From assembly GCA_029856525.1 (NCBI GenBank), contig JAHQXC010000005.1, forward strand, positions 1-31,136: a DNA stretch of 31,136 nucleotides. Direction: 5' to 3'. Each line of letters opens with the position of its first letter. Within the stretch, counting starts at the first letter, position 1. The position numbers and the translations under genes are program-made. The DNA is from Candidatus Odinarchaeia archaeon. Its GTDB lineage: Archaea > Asgardarchaeota > Odinarchaeia > Odinarchaeales > Odinarchaeaceae. Under the pieces are notes generated by a model that saw only the letters and a program-made list of their open reading frames with translations, searched no databases and was not told the DNA's origin. Below are positions 17,358 to 26,002 of this stretch, in pieces.

Positions 17358-17819
17358 TTGATTATTAGAAGAGCTGTAAAAAAAGATTTAAATAAAGTTT
17401 ACTTAATTGAACTAGCCAGCTTCCCGGAGCCTTGGAGTAGAGAGTTCTTCGCTTACTTTATAGAAGCCGCTAACACGGTTTTCCTAGTCGCTGTTGAAGA
17501 CGACGTGGTCGGCTACGTTATCTGGATGCTTGAATCAACTAGTTTAATTAAACCGTCTGATGGTTTAAACATCGGGCATCTGCTGAATTTAGCGGTTAAA
17601 AGAGAATACCGGGGGAGAAAAATAGCCTCCAGCTTGCTCAGTGAACTTTTCAAAGAGATTGGTGAATATAAACCGGTGGCTACCTATCTTGAAGTCGCAT
17701 GCTCTAATCAAGCGGCTGTGAAGCTGTATCTTAAATTTAATTTTAAAATCATCTCTACGATTCCTAAATATTACAGGGTTGAAGGTGACGCGTATCTTAT
17801 GGTTCACACCTTGATTTGA
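17358..17819 (+). CDS. RimI/Ard1-like GNAT N-acetyltransferase
   Basis: IELASFPEPW, GHLLNLAV...RGRKIASSLL, YLEVACSNQAAVKLY and YYRVEGDAYLM. Confidence 0.88.
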   Translation: MIIRRAVKKDLNKVYLIELASFPEPWSREFFAYFIEAANTVFLVAVEDDVVGYVIWMLESTSLIKPSDGLNIGHLLNLAVKREYRGRKIASSLLSELFKEIGEYKPVATYLEVACSNQAAVKLYLKFNFKIISTIPKYYRVEGDAYLMVHTLI

Positions 17820-18333
17820 ATTCATCTCTTAATTCTTTAAGGATCGTATTTTTAACATTCAACCAGTTAAAGCGGTCGAGTGTATAGACTTTAGTGTCCG
17901 GTCTTTCCTTAATACTCTTAGTAAACTGGTTATCATATAACATGATTGAGGCGAGAACCCTCCCTGAGTCTAAGCATTTAATAATGAAGTCTCGAAAAAT
18001 CTTGGAAGCTAACTCCATTTTACCTATTTCATCAACTACTATTAAATCATAAACGCTGTTTTTTAATTCTTCTTCTAAAGTTCTCAGAATACTCTCAAGG
18101 TTATCTATGAAAACCCCGTATTTCCCTATGAATACATTCGCCTGTCGTTCATTCACAGAGGCGAGCATACTCTCTAAACCGGAGAAAGTCTTAATTTTAA
18201 AACCTATTCTTCTCCCCTGCTCTAAAACCTCTTCTGTTATAAATCCTACAACTTTTCTACCTAATTCTTCAACAACGCTTTTAACTAGAGTGGTTTTACC
18301 GGTTCTAGGAGCACCGGTAACCAGAATATTCAT
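17797..18333 (-). CDS. Nucleoside-triphosphatase, THEP1/NTPase_1 family
   Basis: NILVTGAPRTGKTT, GFITEEV...RIGFKI, GKYGV and IVVDEIGKMEL. Start moved to ATG 18333. Confidence 0.9.
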   Translation of the reverse strand: MNILVTGAPRTGKTTLVKSVVEELGRKVVGFITEEVLEQGRRIGFKIKTFSGLESMLASVNERQANVFIGKYGVFIDNLESILRTLEEELKNSVYDLIVVDEIGKMELASKIFRDFIIKCLDSGRVLASIMLYDNQFTKSIKERPDTKVYTLDRFNWLNVKNTILKELRDEFKSRCEP

Positions 18334-18474
18334 AGTGTATCCTCCGCTAAAAATTTTTAACACTTCTCCTTCTCTCTTAAAGTATCAGATTCTATTTAAA
18401 CAGACAGCTGCCTGTCTATAATTTTTTAAAAGCGGTTCAAATTTAACTTTTCTATGTTTAAACCGTTAAACATA

Positions 18475-19131
18475 TTACTTTAAACGTTTTACAAGTTTTA
18501 AAATACGGGTTTGAAAATCATTTAAATCTTTAACAGTAAACCTACCGCTTTTAACTCCATCTCTATCTAAGTAAAAAGATTTAACACCCAGTTTTCTCGG
18601 GATCAGATAATCTTGAAGCCAGCTATCCCCTACATGCGCAATCTCCTTCGATTCAACGTTCAGTTCTAAGCATACTCTTCTATAAACGCTTGGATCGCTT
18701 TTAGTAGAGTTGAAATCAGTTGACGCTGAGAAAACCCTGCTAAAATATTTTCTAATACGTTTAGTAGTTCTCTCTAAGAATTCGACAGCTGAATTCGAAA
18801 CAATAATTAAATCAAAATCACCTGCTAATCTTTCTAAAACACCCTCCACCTCAGGGTAATATGAAATCACACTCTCATATTTATCTAAAAGCTCATTGTA
18901 ACCTGTTAAACCGAACCTGTTAAACCAGTAGGTTATCTGATACCATTCAACCCTTTGATCCCCGATCTTCTCATATTCTCTCATAATAAAAGACTTAGCC
19001 TCCTGAAACTCAACCCCGTATTTTTCAGCATACAATCTGGGGATCGCCTCCTCCCATATTAAATCCGCATACCTTCTAGTCGCCAGCGTCCCATCCACGT
19101 CGAAGGATAAAACTTTAACCATAACACTCAA
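18475..19131 (-). CDS. HAD-superfamily hydrolase (possible nucleotidase/phosphatase)
   Basis: Motif I FDVDGTL, motif II VSNS, TKSDP and motif IV HVGDSWLQD. Alternative start at ATG 19122. Confidence 0.88.
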   Translation of the reverse strand: MSVMVKVLSFDVDGTLATRRYADLIWEEAIPRLYAEKYGVEFQEAKSFIMREYEKIGDQRVEWYQITYWFNRFGLTGYNELLDKYESVISYYPEVEGVLERLAGDFDLIIVSNSAVEFLERTTKRIRKYFSRVFSASTDFNSTKSDPSVYRRVCLELNVESKEIAHVGDSWLQDYLIPRKLGVKSFYLDRDGVKSGRFTVKDLNDFQTRILKLVKRLK

Positions 19132-19217
19132 CCGTTAATTTTCTGTAAAATCCTCTTATAATATAAGCAAGCTATAAGTAAAAAATTTATAAAAAATTTA
19201 AAAAATAGAGGATTTTT

Positions 19218-19448
19218 TTAGAAGGGCAATGTAATAGAGCTTAAAGTTCTAGTAACCCCTGGAATACTCTGAATCTTCTCAATAATGTTTTTAATACCTT
19301 CCATATCCTCCGCAGCAATCCGGACAATAATATCATAAGGCCCTGTAATAGCATAGTACTCTTTAACACCGTCAATACCCTTCAATTTTTCAAGCACATC
19401 ATGAATCTTCCCTGTTTCAACTTCAACCAACATGAAAACAATCGCCAT
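19218..19448 (-). CDS. Lrp/AsnC ligand-binding-domain-only protein (no HTH)
   Basis: MAIVFMLVEVETG...YAITGPYDIIVRI...IPGVTRTLSSI. Start moved to ATG 19448, which follows a GGTGG SD (76 aa). Confidence 0.88.
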   Translation of the reverse strand: MAIVFMLVEVETGKIHDVLEKLKGIDGVKEYYAITGPYDIIVRIAAEDMEGIKNIIEKIQSIPGVTRTLSSITLPF

Positions 19449-19697
19449 AAAACCACCTACCAGATTTTCCCCTCTTAGAGTATGAAGTTTAATAAACTTT
19501 GAAAGTTTCACACTCTAAGATGGCGGACTTTTATACTATATTAAACAATTGACAATATAATCCTATTGCTGAGTAATATTAAACTCTTAGAAAAATTATT
19601 GTTTAAAAAATTTTGAAGCTTATCCTATTAGCTAACAATATACTATCAAACATAAATTCGAAAAAACTTTATTAACTAGAATTATTAAAATATTTTC

Positions 19698-19746
19698 TTT
19701 AATTATAAGCTTTGAACTTAATTAAAGCTCAAGGCTTATAATTAAA
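19698..19746. promoter_or_regulatory. 49-nt near-perfect palindrome in the promoter of the second APC permease
   Basis: TTTAATTATAAGC (19698-19710) and GCTTATAATTAAA (19734-19746) are perfect 13-bp arms. Inner pairing TTGA/TCAA and CTT/AAG surrounds a 5-nt loop. Confidence 0.6.
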
Positions 19747-19763
19747 TTAAAGAAGGCTGAAAT

Positions 19764-21434
19764 ATGGCCGAAGAGAAAGGTGTTTTCGTTAGAAAAGCTT
19801 CAGGTCTTACCAGAGTTATAAGCGTTTGGGACGCTCTCATCTATGCTTTCTGTAACCCAGGTATCCTCTACTGTATGCTATACATTACTTGGGGTCCTTG
19901 GAGTGTTGGGCCTGGAGGCGATATGCCTTTCGCTGTATTAACTGTATTCCTACTCTTACCTATACAAGCCCTTTACTGGTTATTCTCGGTTAGCATGCCT
20001 AGGAGCGGTGCTGAATACTTGTATGTTAGTAGAATTATTACACCTGCATGGGGTTTATTCGCTTCCTGGACTATGACTATAATCGGTATATCTTGGACCG
20101 GTAACTGCGCTGTTTGGATGATTAATTACGGTATTTCACAGTTATTCTGGAATCAAGGTCTCCTTACAGGGAATAAAAGTTTATTAGACATAGGCTACGC
20201 TCTCAGCGATAATAGTATAATGCAATACGGCGGCCCTGTAGAGACAACAGCCTTAAACTGGGCGATACTAACAGTTGCGTTAATAACGATCTTCTATATT
20301 ATGGCTCGCGGTGCTAAAGCCTCTATGCGTCTAAGCTGGATCTCTACGGGACTAGCTACAATCGGAGTGATCGCATTCGCTATCGCTGCCTTAACAGCGG
20401 GTGAAAGCGTATTCATAAGCAGAGTTAACGCGCTCTGGAGTGACCCTGTTCTTCAATCAACCGGATACTTCGCATATACAAGCTATGCTGCATATCACTC
20501 TGATGTAGTAACGTTAGCCGGTTACCCGGGCGGGCCTTCGCTTATAGGGACAATATTCGCTGGAACTGCTTATGTTAACTTGAATACTTTAGGCTCCACA
20601 TATACTACAAGCGCTGCTGGTGAAATCAAATCAGTTTCAAAAGCTCAGGGTTTAGCTTTACTAGGGTCAATGTTCTTATTTATGGCTTACTGGGAGGCAT
20701 TCTATGGAACCGCCTACATCGGATGCGGTTCAGATTTCTGGTGGGGTATAGGCTACGCTGAACAGTTAGGATTAGACTATGCTGCGTTCGGTGGCATGGC
20801 CTCCGGGATGTCGATAGTCCCATATCTTACAGACAACTTAGTCTTAATCCACTTAACATCAATAGGCTTTATCGGCGCAACCTACGGTAGCTGTTTAGGT
20901 ATGTCCTTCGGACCTGTAAGAAACATGTTCGCATGGTCATTTGACGGTGTTCTACCGAGTTGGTGGAATAGAGTAGATAAACGCGGCTCACCTTACGTTT
21001 CAGTTGCAGCTGCAGGGGTTATTGCATGGGTATTCGGAACACTTTACCTTTGGACTAACTGGTTAACTATAAACTTATACTCTATAACAGTATGGTTTAT
21101 AGGATGGTGTGTTGTCGGAATAGCAGGTATAGTCTACCCTTGGCGAAGAAAAGATATATTCGAGAAATCGCCTCAACTTGTTAAAAGAAGAATAGCTGGA
21201 ATACCGGTTATCACCGTGCTAGGATCTCTAACACTAGGAATAAGCGCTTTCACAGTTTGGGTTACACTAGCCCCGTCAATAATCTACGGTATAGGCGTCA
21301 ACTCAACAGGTTTAATAGGCTCAGTCTCCTTCCTGATAATAATACCGTTCGTAATCTACTATGCAGCGTACTTTATAAATAAGCGTAAAGGCGTCCCGAT
21401 GGAACTCAGATTTAAAGAAATTCCCCCAGACTAA
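19764..21434 (+). CDS. APC-superfamily amino acid/amine permease
   Basis: VFVRKASGLTR, SMPRSGAEYLYVSR, AGEIK and RNMFAWSFDGVLP motifs; many TM helices. Confidence 0.88.
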   Translation: MAEEKGVFVRKASGLTRVISVWDALIYAFCNPGILYCMLYITWGPWSVGPGGDMPFAVLTVFLLLPIQALYWLFSVSMPRSGAEYLYVSRIITPAWGLFASWTMTIIGISWTGNCAVWMINYGISQLFWNQGLLTGNKSLLDIGYALSDNSIMQYGGPVETTALNWAILTVALITIFYIMARGAKASMRLSWISTGLATIGVIAFAIAALTAGESVFISRVNALWSDPVLQSTGYFAYTSYAAYHSDVVTLAGYPGGPSLIGTIFAGTAYVNLNTLGSTYTTSAAGEIKSVSKAQGLALLGSMFLFMAYWEAFYGTAYIGCGSDFWWGIGYAEQLGLDYAAFGGMASGMSIVPYLTDNLVLIHLTSIGFIGATYGSCLGMSFGPVRNMFAWSFDGVLPSWWNRVDKRGSPYVSVAAAGVIAWVFGTLYLWTNWLTINLYSITVWFIGWCVVGIAGIVYPWRRKDIFEKSPQLVKRRIAGIPVITVLGSLTLGISAFTVWVTLAPSIIYGIGVNSTGLIGSVSFLIIIPFVIYYAAYFINKRKGVPMELRFKEIPPD

Positions 21435-21460
21435 ACCTCTTCTTTTTTATTTTTTAAAAG
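21435..21460 (+). terminator. Probable oligo-T archaeal terminator after the permease
   Basis: CTCTTCTTTTTTATTTTTT directly follows the stop codon. Confidence 0.4.
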
Positions 21461-21555
21461 TTAAGTAAGTAATAAACCACTATTCTCGATTTTAAATAAA
21501 ATATTTTTTCACGTTTAAACTTTTATTTCAGTTAACTATCAACGTTATGATGCGA

Positions 21556-22446
21556 TTATATTTTCTCTATCGCTTTTATTATGTTAGCTTGCTCTGTGAT
21601 ATTCTTCCACGGGTTCTGTGTTTTTTCTATGTGGTTGAATATGTTTTTTATATTGTATGTTTTAGCGTTGAGGTTTTTGTTTTCTAGTTGCTGCCATGTT
21701 ATCGGTGTTGCTACTGGAGCTGTTTTTTTAGCTCGGAGGGCGTATGGTGCTACTGAGGTTTGAGCGTATGCGTTTCTAGTTGTGTCTATGAATAGTTTTC
21801 CGGTTCTCTTATTTTTTCTTTGCTCTATTGTAGTTTTCTCAGGGTTGTTTTTTACTATTTTTTTTGCGATTATCTGGGCGAATTGTCTGGTTTGCTCGAA
21901 TGTGTACTCTCTTTGTATGGGGATGATTACGTGGACTCCTTTGGATCCGGTGGTCATTACAAGACTGGTTAGTTCTAGTCTGTCGAGTACTTCTTTTAAT
22001 TGTAGTGCGGTTTCTCTGACTGTTTCAAAGTCTTCTGGGTTAGCCGGGTCTAGGTCGAATACTATTTTATCAGGGTGGTTTGGTTTATCATATCTGGCCA
22101 GCCAGATGTGGGGTGTGATGCAGGCTTGCTCAGCTATGTATACTAGTGTTTCCTTGTTCTGGCAGAGTAGATATGTGGTGTCTCCTCCTGTTTTATTCTC
22201 TAATTTCACTCTCTCTACCCAGCTTGGAAAGTATTCCGGAATCTCTTTTTGGAAGAATCCTTCCACGCTTATTCCATCAGGGAACCTGTGCATGGTGAGG
22301 GGGCGGTCTTTTAAATATGCTAGCATTAAGGAGGCTATCCTCTCATAGTATTGTATTACCTGTAGCTTGGTGATTTTATCATCCGGGTATATTATTTTAT
22401 CCGGGTTGTTGACTTGTATTATTTTATCTCCTATTTTTAATTGCAT
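21556..22446 (-). CDS. LigD-type NHEJ polymerase domain (archaeo-eukaryotic primase family), stand-alone
   Basis: NPDKIIYP, RPLTMHRFPDGI, FFQKEIP, IVFDLDP (DxD), TTGSKGVHV and FIDTTRNAYAQTSVAPYALRA. Confidence 0.92.
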   Translation of the reverse strand: MQLKIGDKIIQVNNPDKIIYPDDKITKLQVIQYYERIASLMLAYLKDRPLTMHRFPDGISVEGFFQKEIPEYFPSWVERVKLENKTGGDTTYLLCQNKETLVYIAEQACITPHIWLARYDKPNHPDKIVFDLDPANPEDFETVRETALQLKEVLDRLELTSLVMTTGSKGVHVIIPIQREYTFEQTRQFAQIIAKKIVKNNPEKTTIEQRKNKRTGKLFIDTTRNAYAQTSVAPYALRAKKTAPVATPITWQQLENKNLNAKTYNIKNIFNHIEKTQNPWKNITEQANIIKAIEKI

Positions 22447-22448
22447 TT

Positions 22449-23459
22449 CTAAGCCTCAGGTGTTTCTTTAACCACTGTTTTAGGGTCTTTGTCGCGTCTT
22501 AAGCCTACTAGACGCGGATGCCGGAGTTTCCCTGTTTTAGTCCACTCTGTGAAGCCTACTTCTACAACTATTTCAGGTTTCACCCAGGTGACGTTTTTCT
22601 CGCCGATTTCTCCGGTTATCTGAGGTTTGTCTTCTTTCAACGAATTTAACTCTTTTACTAGTTGTGTGAGGATTGTACGATTGAAACCGGTTCCAACTTT
22701 CCCAGCGTATTTTAATTGTTTATCTTCATAATAGCCGATGAGTATTGCGCCTAAACCGATTCTGCTGCCTTTAGGTGGTGTATAACCTATGATGATGAAT
22801 TCCTGCTGGTTTACGCATTTGAATTTAAGCCAGTCTGTGGATCTTTTATGCTGGTATTCGCTGTCCATTCTTTTAGCGATAACACCCTCCCAGCCTTTTC
22901 TGCATGCTTCTTGATAGTATTTTACGCCTTCCTTCCAAATATGCTCGGTGTATCTTAACGGATCTTGGTAGTCTAAATATTTTTTTAATAATTTTTTTCT
23001 CAGTATTAAAGGAAGCTTATCGATTAGATAGTTTTCAATATAGATTAAGTCGAATATATAGTAGTAGACTTTTATCTTAGATTTTAAAGCTTCCTCTCTG
23101 TTTTTTATTCCGATTCTCTCCTGTAGTATAGTGAAACTCGTGTTTTCGCCTTGGAAGGCGACTATTTCACCGTCTACTATGAAGTTTTCTGTTCTCTGTT
23201 TTTTAAGAGCTTCAACGATTTCCGGATAGGTGTCGCTGATATCTTTTCTATTTCTAGATAGAAGTTTAACTTCATCCTTTTTTTTGAAGGCTAGGCATCT
23301 TTCGCCGTCTAGTTTACGCTCATAAATCCAGTTTTCATCCGAGAATCTTTTACTGGTTAGAGTTGCCAGCATCGGTTCAATCCAGTCTGGCATGCTTGTT
23401 TCTACTGCTAGATTCCGGTGTTTTTCCTCGATTTCTTTTAGAAAGCTCATTTCAGTCAC
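22449..23459 (-). CDS. LigD-type ATP-dependent DNA ligase (adenylation + OB domains), stand-alone
   Basis: PMLATL, ERKLDGER (motif I KxDG), VDGEIV, FDLIY, EGVIAK, WLKFK, YAGKVGTGF and LRHPR. Confidence 0.93.
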   Translation of the reverse strand: MTEMSFLKEIEEKHRNLAVETSMPDWIEPMLATLTSKRFSDENWIYERKLDGERCLAFKKKDEVKLLSRNRKDISDTYPEIVEALKKQRTENFIVDGEIVAFQGENTSFTILQERIGIKNREEALKSKIKVYYYIFDLIYIENYLIDKLPLILRKKLLKKYLDYQDPLRYTEHIWKEGVKYYQEACRKGWEGVIAKRMDSEYQHKRSTDWLKFKCVNQQEFIIIGYTPPKGSRIGLGAILIGYYEDKQLKYAGKVGTGFNRTILTQLVKELNSLKEDKPQITGEIGEKNVTWVKPEIVVEVGFTEWTKTGKLRHPRLVGLRRDKDPKTVVKETPEA

Positions 23460-23595
23460 TATTAGTTAATTTATTATTTGATTAATAATAATGTTTATAA
23501 ATAATTATTCTTTAATATCTGTAGAGCTGTTTAGCTTATTAACATTTTATATGTTAAGAAGCCCGGCTCTGAAAAATTCAATAAGGTGGTTGAAT

Positions 23596-23781
23596 ATGGT
23601 TGTTGACCCTGTTTGCGGAATGGAGTTCTCTGAAAAAGACGCTAAATTGAAATATACTTATGAAGGTAAAGTCTACTACTTCTGTTGTGAAATGTGCATG
23701 GAGAAATTTGTTAAAAACCCTGGTAAATACACTGGTTCAAAATCTGTAAGACGTAGCGGCTGCGGTTGCTGTGGTTTTTAA
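23596..23781 (+). CDS. YHS/TRASH-domain small metal-binding protein with Cys-rich tail
   Basis: VDPVCGM...[17 protein letters not shown]...P and C-terminal SGCGCCGF. Start moved to ATG 23596, which follows an AGGTGG SD. Confidence 0.85.
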   Translation: MVVDPVCGMEFSEKDAKLKYTYEGKVYYFCCEMCMEKFVKNPGKYTGSKSVRRSGCGCCGF

Positions 23782-23840
23782 TTTAATATTTTTAAACCAT
23801 TTATTTTTAATTTAAACCTTATTTTAATCTTAATTTTAGA

Positions 23841-23873
23841 ATAAACTTTAATAATGGATGTGTTAAAGTTTAT
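23841..23873. promoter_or_regulatory. 11-bp inverted repeat overlapping a TATA-like box
   Basis: ATAAACTTTAA (23841-23851), an 11-nt spacer, then TTAAAGTTTAT (23863-23873). TTTATAA lies about 26-32 bp upstream of ATG 23901. Confidence 0.4.
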
Positions 23874-23900
23874 AACATAGATTTCAAAGGGTGTTTGTTT

Positions 23901-24107
23901 ATGTCTGATATTGCTGAGAATCTTAATAGGCTTGGTTTGAAGGTGCCTGAGCTTTTTTTAGCGGTTTTAGCGATTGTTTTCGGTGTGCTTATCATCGTGT
24001 TCCCGTTTTTAATCGCATGGTTTATCGGCTTATTCCTGATTATTATGGGTGTTCTCCTCTTGATTCGGTATATGGAGCGGGAGTTGAAGTCCAGTAGCTC
24101 TAGTTGA
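23901..24107 (+). CDS. Small membrane protein (DUF3096-like two-helix hairpin)
   Basis: LAVLAIVFGVLIIVFPFLIAWFIGLFLIIMGVL resembles DUF3096. ATG at 23901. Confidence 0.65.
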   Translation: MSDIAENLNRLGLKVPELFLAVLAIVFGVLIIVFPFLIAWFIGLFLIIMGVLLLIRYMERELKSSSSS

Positions 24108-24189
24108 TTGGTTTTCCTCTAATTTTTTTATGTTTTTATTTTTCTGGTAAGGTTTTTATATCAGAATATAACATTGTTATGTGATAAAT

Positions 24190-24426
24190 ATGAGTGAGCC
24201 CACCCCAAACTTGAAAGTCGACTGCACCGGCTTATACTGTCCTCAACCTGTTTTCATAACCAGAACAACTTTAGATGAAATGGCTTCAGGTGAGATACTA
24301 GAGGTGTTAGCGGACGACCCGGCTGCTGAATCTGATATTAAAGCTTTAGTGGAGGCTCTAGGCCACGAGTTACTCGCTTTCAAGAAGGAGGGCGGGGTTT
24401 TAAAATTTCTTATTCGTAAAAGGTGA
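24190..24426 (+). CDS. tusA: TusA/SirA-family sulfur carrier
   Basis: VDCTGLYCPQPV (CPxP with Cys), GEILEVLADDP...DI. ATG at 24190, alternative GTG at 24181. Confidence 0.9.
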   Translation: MSEPTPNLKVDCTGLYCPQPVFITRTTLDEMASGEILEVLADDPAAESDIKALVEALGHELLAFKKEGGVLKFLIRKR

Positions 24427-24432
24427 AATAAA

Positions 24433-24801
24433 GTGAATGGTGTTAAACATATTTTATACGTGCAGACAAGCGGCCCTGACACTCCTGAACGCCTCTACGC
24501 TCCCTTCATTTTAGCTGCCACAGCTAGAGCAATGGGTTATAATGCTACAATATATTTTCTGATAAAAGGTGTTGAAACAGTTAAGAAAGGTGTAGCTGAC
24601 AGAATTAAACTGGGCAGCTTCCCCTCTCTAAGAGAGGTGATGGATCAAGCTTTAAAAGCAGGTGTTAAAATTCAAGTCTGCGAGCAATCTTGCGCTCTCC
24701 TAGGTATACCTAGAGGCGAGTTCATCCCTGAAGCTGAGATTGTCGGAGCAGCTACTTTAAATAAGCTTTGCCTTGAAGCTGATGCGACCTTATTCTTCTA
24801 A
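24433..24801 (+). CDS. DsrE/DsrF-family sulfur-transfer protein
   Basis: APFILAATARAMG...IYFLIKGV...GVKIQVCEQSC...IVGAAT, with the family Cys conserved. Confidence 0.85.
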   Translation: MNGVKHILYVQTSGPDTPERLYAPFILAATARAMGYNATIYFLIKGVETVKKGVADRIKLGSFPSLREVMDQALKAGVKIQVCEQSCALLGIPRGEFIPEAEIVGAATLNKLCLEADATLFF

Positions 24802-24817
24802 AGACGGATGGTTTAAT

Positions 24818-26002
24818 ATGAGTAGAGTCTACTTAGATTACGCTGGAGCCAGTCCGGTGGATGAAAGAGTTTTAGAAGCGATGAAACCTTTTATTCTGAA
24901 ACCTGGGAATCCTTTAGCCCTACACGAGGAGGGTCAGCTTGCTAAGAGGAAGATCGAAGAGGCACGGCAGTATATCGCCCACCTTATAAACGCTGATAAC
25001 CCTGACGGTGTTATCTTCACAAGCGGGGCTACTGAATCTAATAATTTAGCTATTATAGGGATGGGTGAGCGTTTAAAAAATGAGGGTAGACATATCGTAA
25101 CCTCGAATATTGAGCATATATCTGTTATCAACTCTTTGAAGAAGCTTGAGAAGAACGGTTTCGAAGTAACTAGGGTTCCTGTAGACGAACAGGGTATTAT
25201 TCGCCTAGACTTATTAGAGGAGGCTGTTAGAGAGGATACTGTGTTGATTACGATTCAAGCCGCTAACTCGGAGATCGGTGTCATTCAACCTTTAGAGGAA
25301 ATAGGTCGTATAGCTGAACAGCATAATATTCTATTTCACTGTGATGCGACAGCAGGATTAGGGCAAATGCCTTTAGATGTTAAGAAAGCGAATATAAGCT
25401 TACTGACCATGTCCGCTAACAGTATTTACGGTCCTCAAGGCGTAGGAGCATTATACCTTGCTTCTAATGTCCGCCCGATTCCTCAGATTTTAGGCGGCGG
25501 CCAGCAGCGAGGCTTCAGATCAGGAACAGAGAATGTGGCCGGTATTATAGGGATGGGTGAAGCGGCTAAAATAGCTGCTCTTGAAATGAGAGGTGAATGG
25601 GAGCGGCTTAAATCTTTAAGAGACCGTCTTATCAGAGAAATCCCTGTAAGAGTTAGAGACGCTCATCTTAACGGTCACCCTGTGAAGAGAACACCGAATA
25701 ACGTGAATTTTAGAATAGACTATGTGGAAGGTGAATCGATTGTTTTAAGCTTGGATATTCTAGCAGGTATCGCTGTTTCAACAGGGGCTTCCTGCGCTAG
25801 CCTAACCTTGGAGCCCAGCCATGTTATTCTAGCTTTAGGTGTCCCCCCTGAGAAAGCTCAAGGTCTTCTCCAGGTTACGATGGGCCGCTTCACGTTAGAG
25901 GATGATGTGAACCGGCTTTTAGAAGCTCTTCCAAGTGTTGTAGATAGGCTTAGGAGAATGTCTCCTTTAACACCAGCTAACTATTTTGAAAAGGAGGGAT
26001 GA
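24818..26002 (+). CDS. iscS: IscS/NifS-family protein lacking the PLP-binding lysine
   Basis: YLDYAG, FTSGATESNN, EHISV, HCDAT, RSGTENV and STGASCAS...EPSHV are present, but SANSIYGPQG replaces SAHKxYGPKG. Start moved to ATG 24818. Confidence 0.92.
   Translation: MSRVYLDYAGASPVDERVLEAMKPFILKPGNPLALHEEGQLAKRKIEEARQYIAHLINADNPDGVIFTSGATESNNLAIIGMGERLKNEGRHIVTSNIEHISVINSLKKLEKNGFEVTRVPVDEQGIIRLDLLEEAVREDTVLITIQAANSEIGVIQPLEEIGRIAEQHNILFHCDATAGLGQMPLDVKKANISLLTMSANSIYGPQGVGALYLASNVRPIPQILGGGQQRGFRSGTENVAGIIGMGEAAKIAALEMRGEWERLKSLRDRLIREIPVRVRDAHLNGHPVKRTPNNVNFRIDYVEGESIVLSLDILAGIAVSTGASCASLTLEPSHVILALGVPPEKAQGLLQVTMGRFTLEDDVNRLLEALPSVVDRLRRMSPLTPANYFEKEG

Noticed and set aside
19147-19216. 10-bp inverted repeat AAAATCCTCT / AGAGGATTTT with a 50-nt A-rich spacer
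   Set aside because: The long unpaired low-complexity spacer makes it plausible by chance or as a terminator/promoter context; no further support.
21782-22348. 188-aa + strand ORF, plus the 60-aa ORF at 21581-21763
   Set aside because: Antisense shadows of the LigD polymerase gene. The A-rich coding strand leaves few stops on the opposite strand, and the Ser/Phe-rich products have no motif.
21525-23462. Imperfect direct repeat ATTTCAGTTAACTAT (21525-21539) / ATTTCAGTCACTAT (23449-23462) flanking the LigD pair as a possible att or target duplication
   Set aside because: Short, imperfect and AT-rich. The right copy overlaps the ligase start codons, and no integrase or transposase is present.
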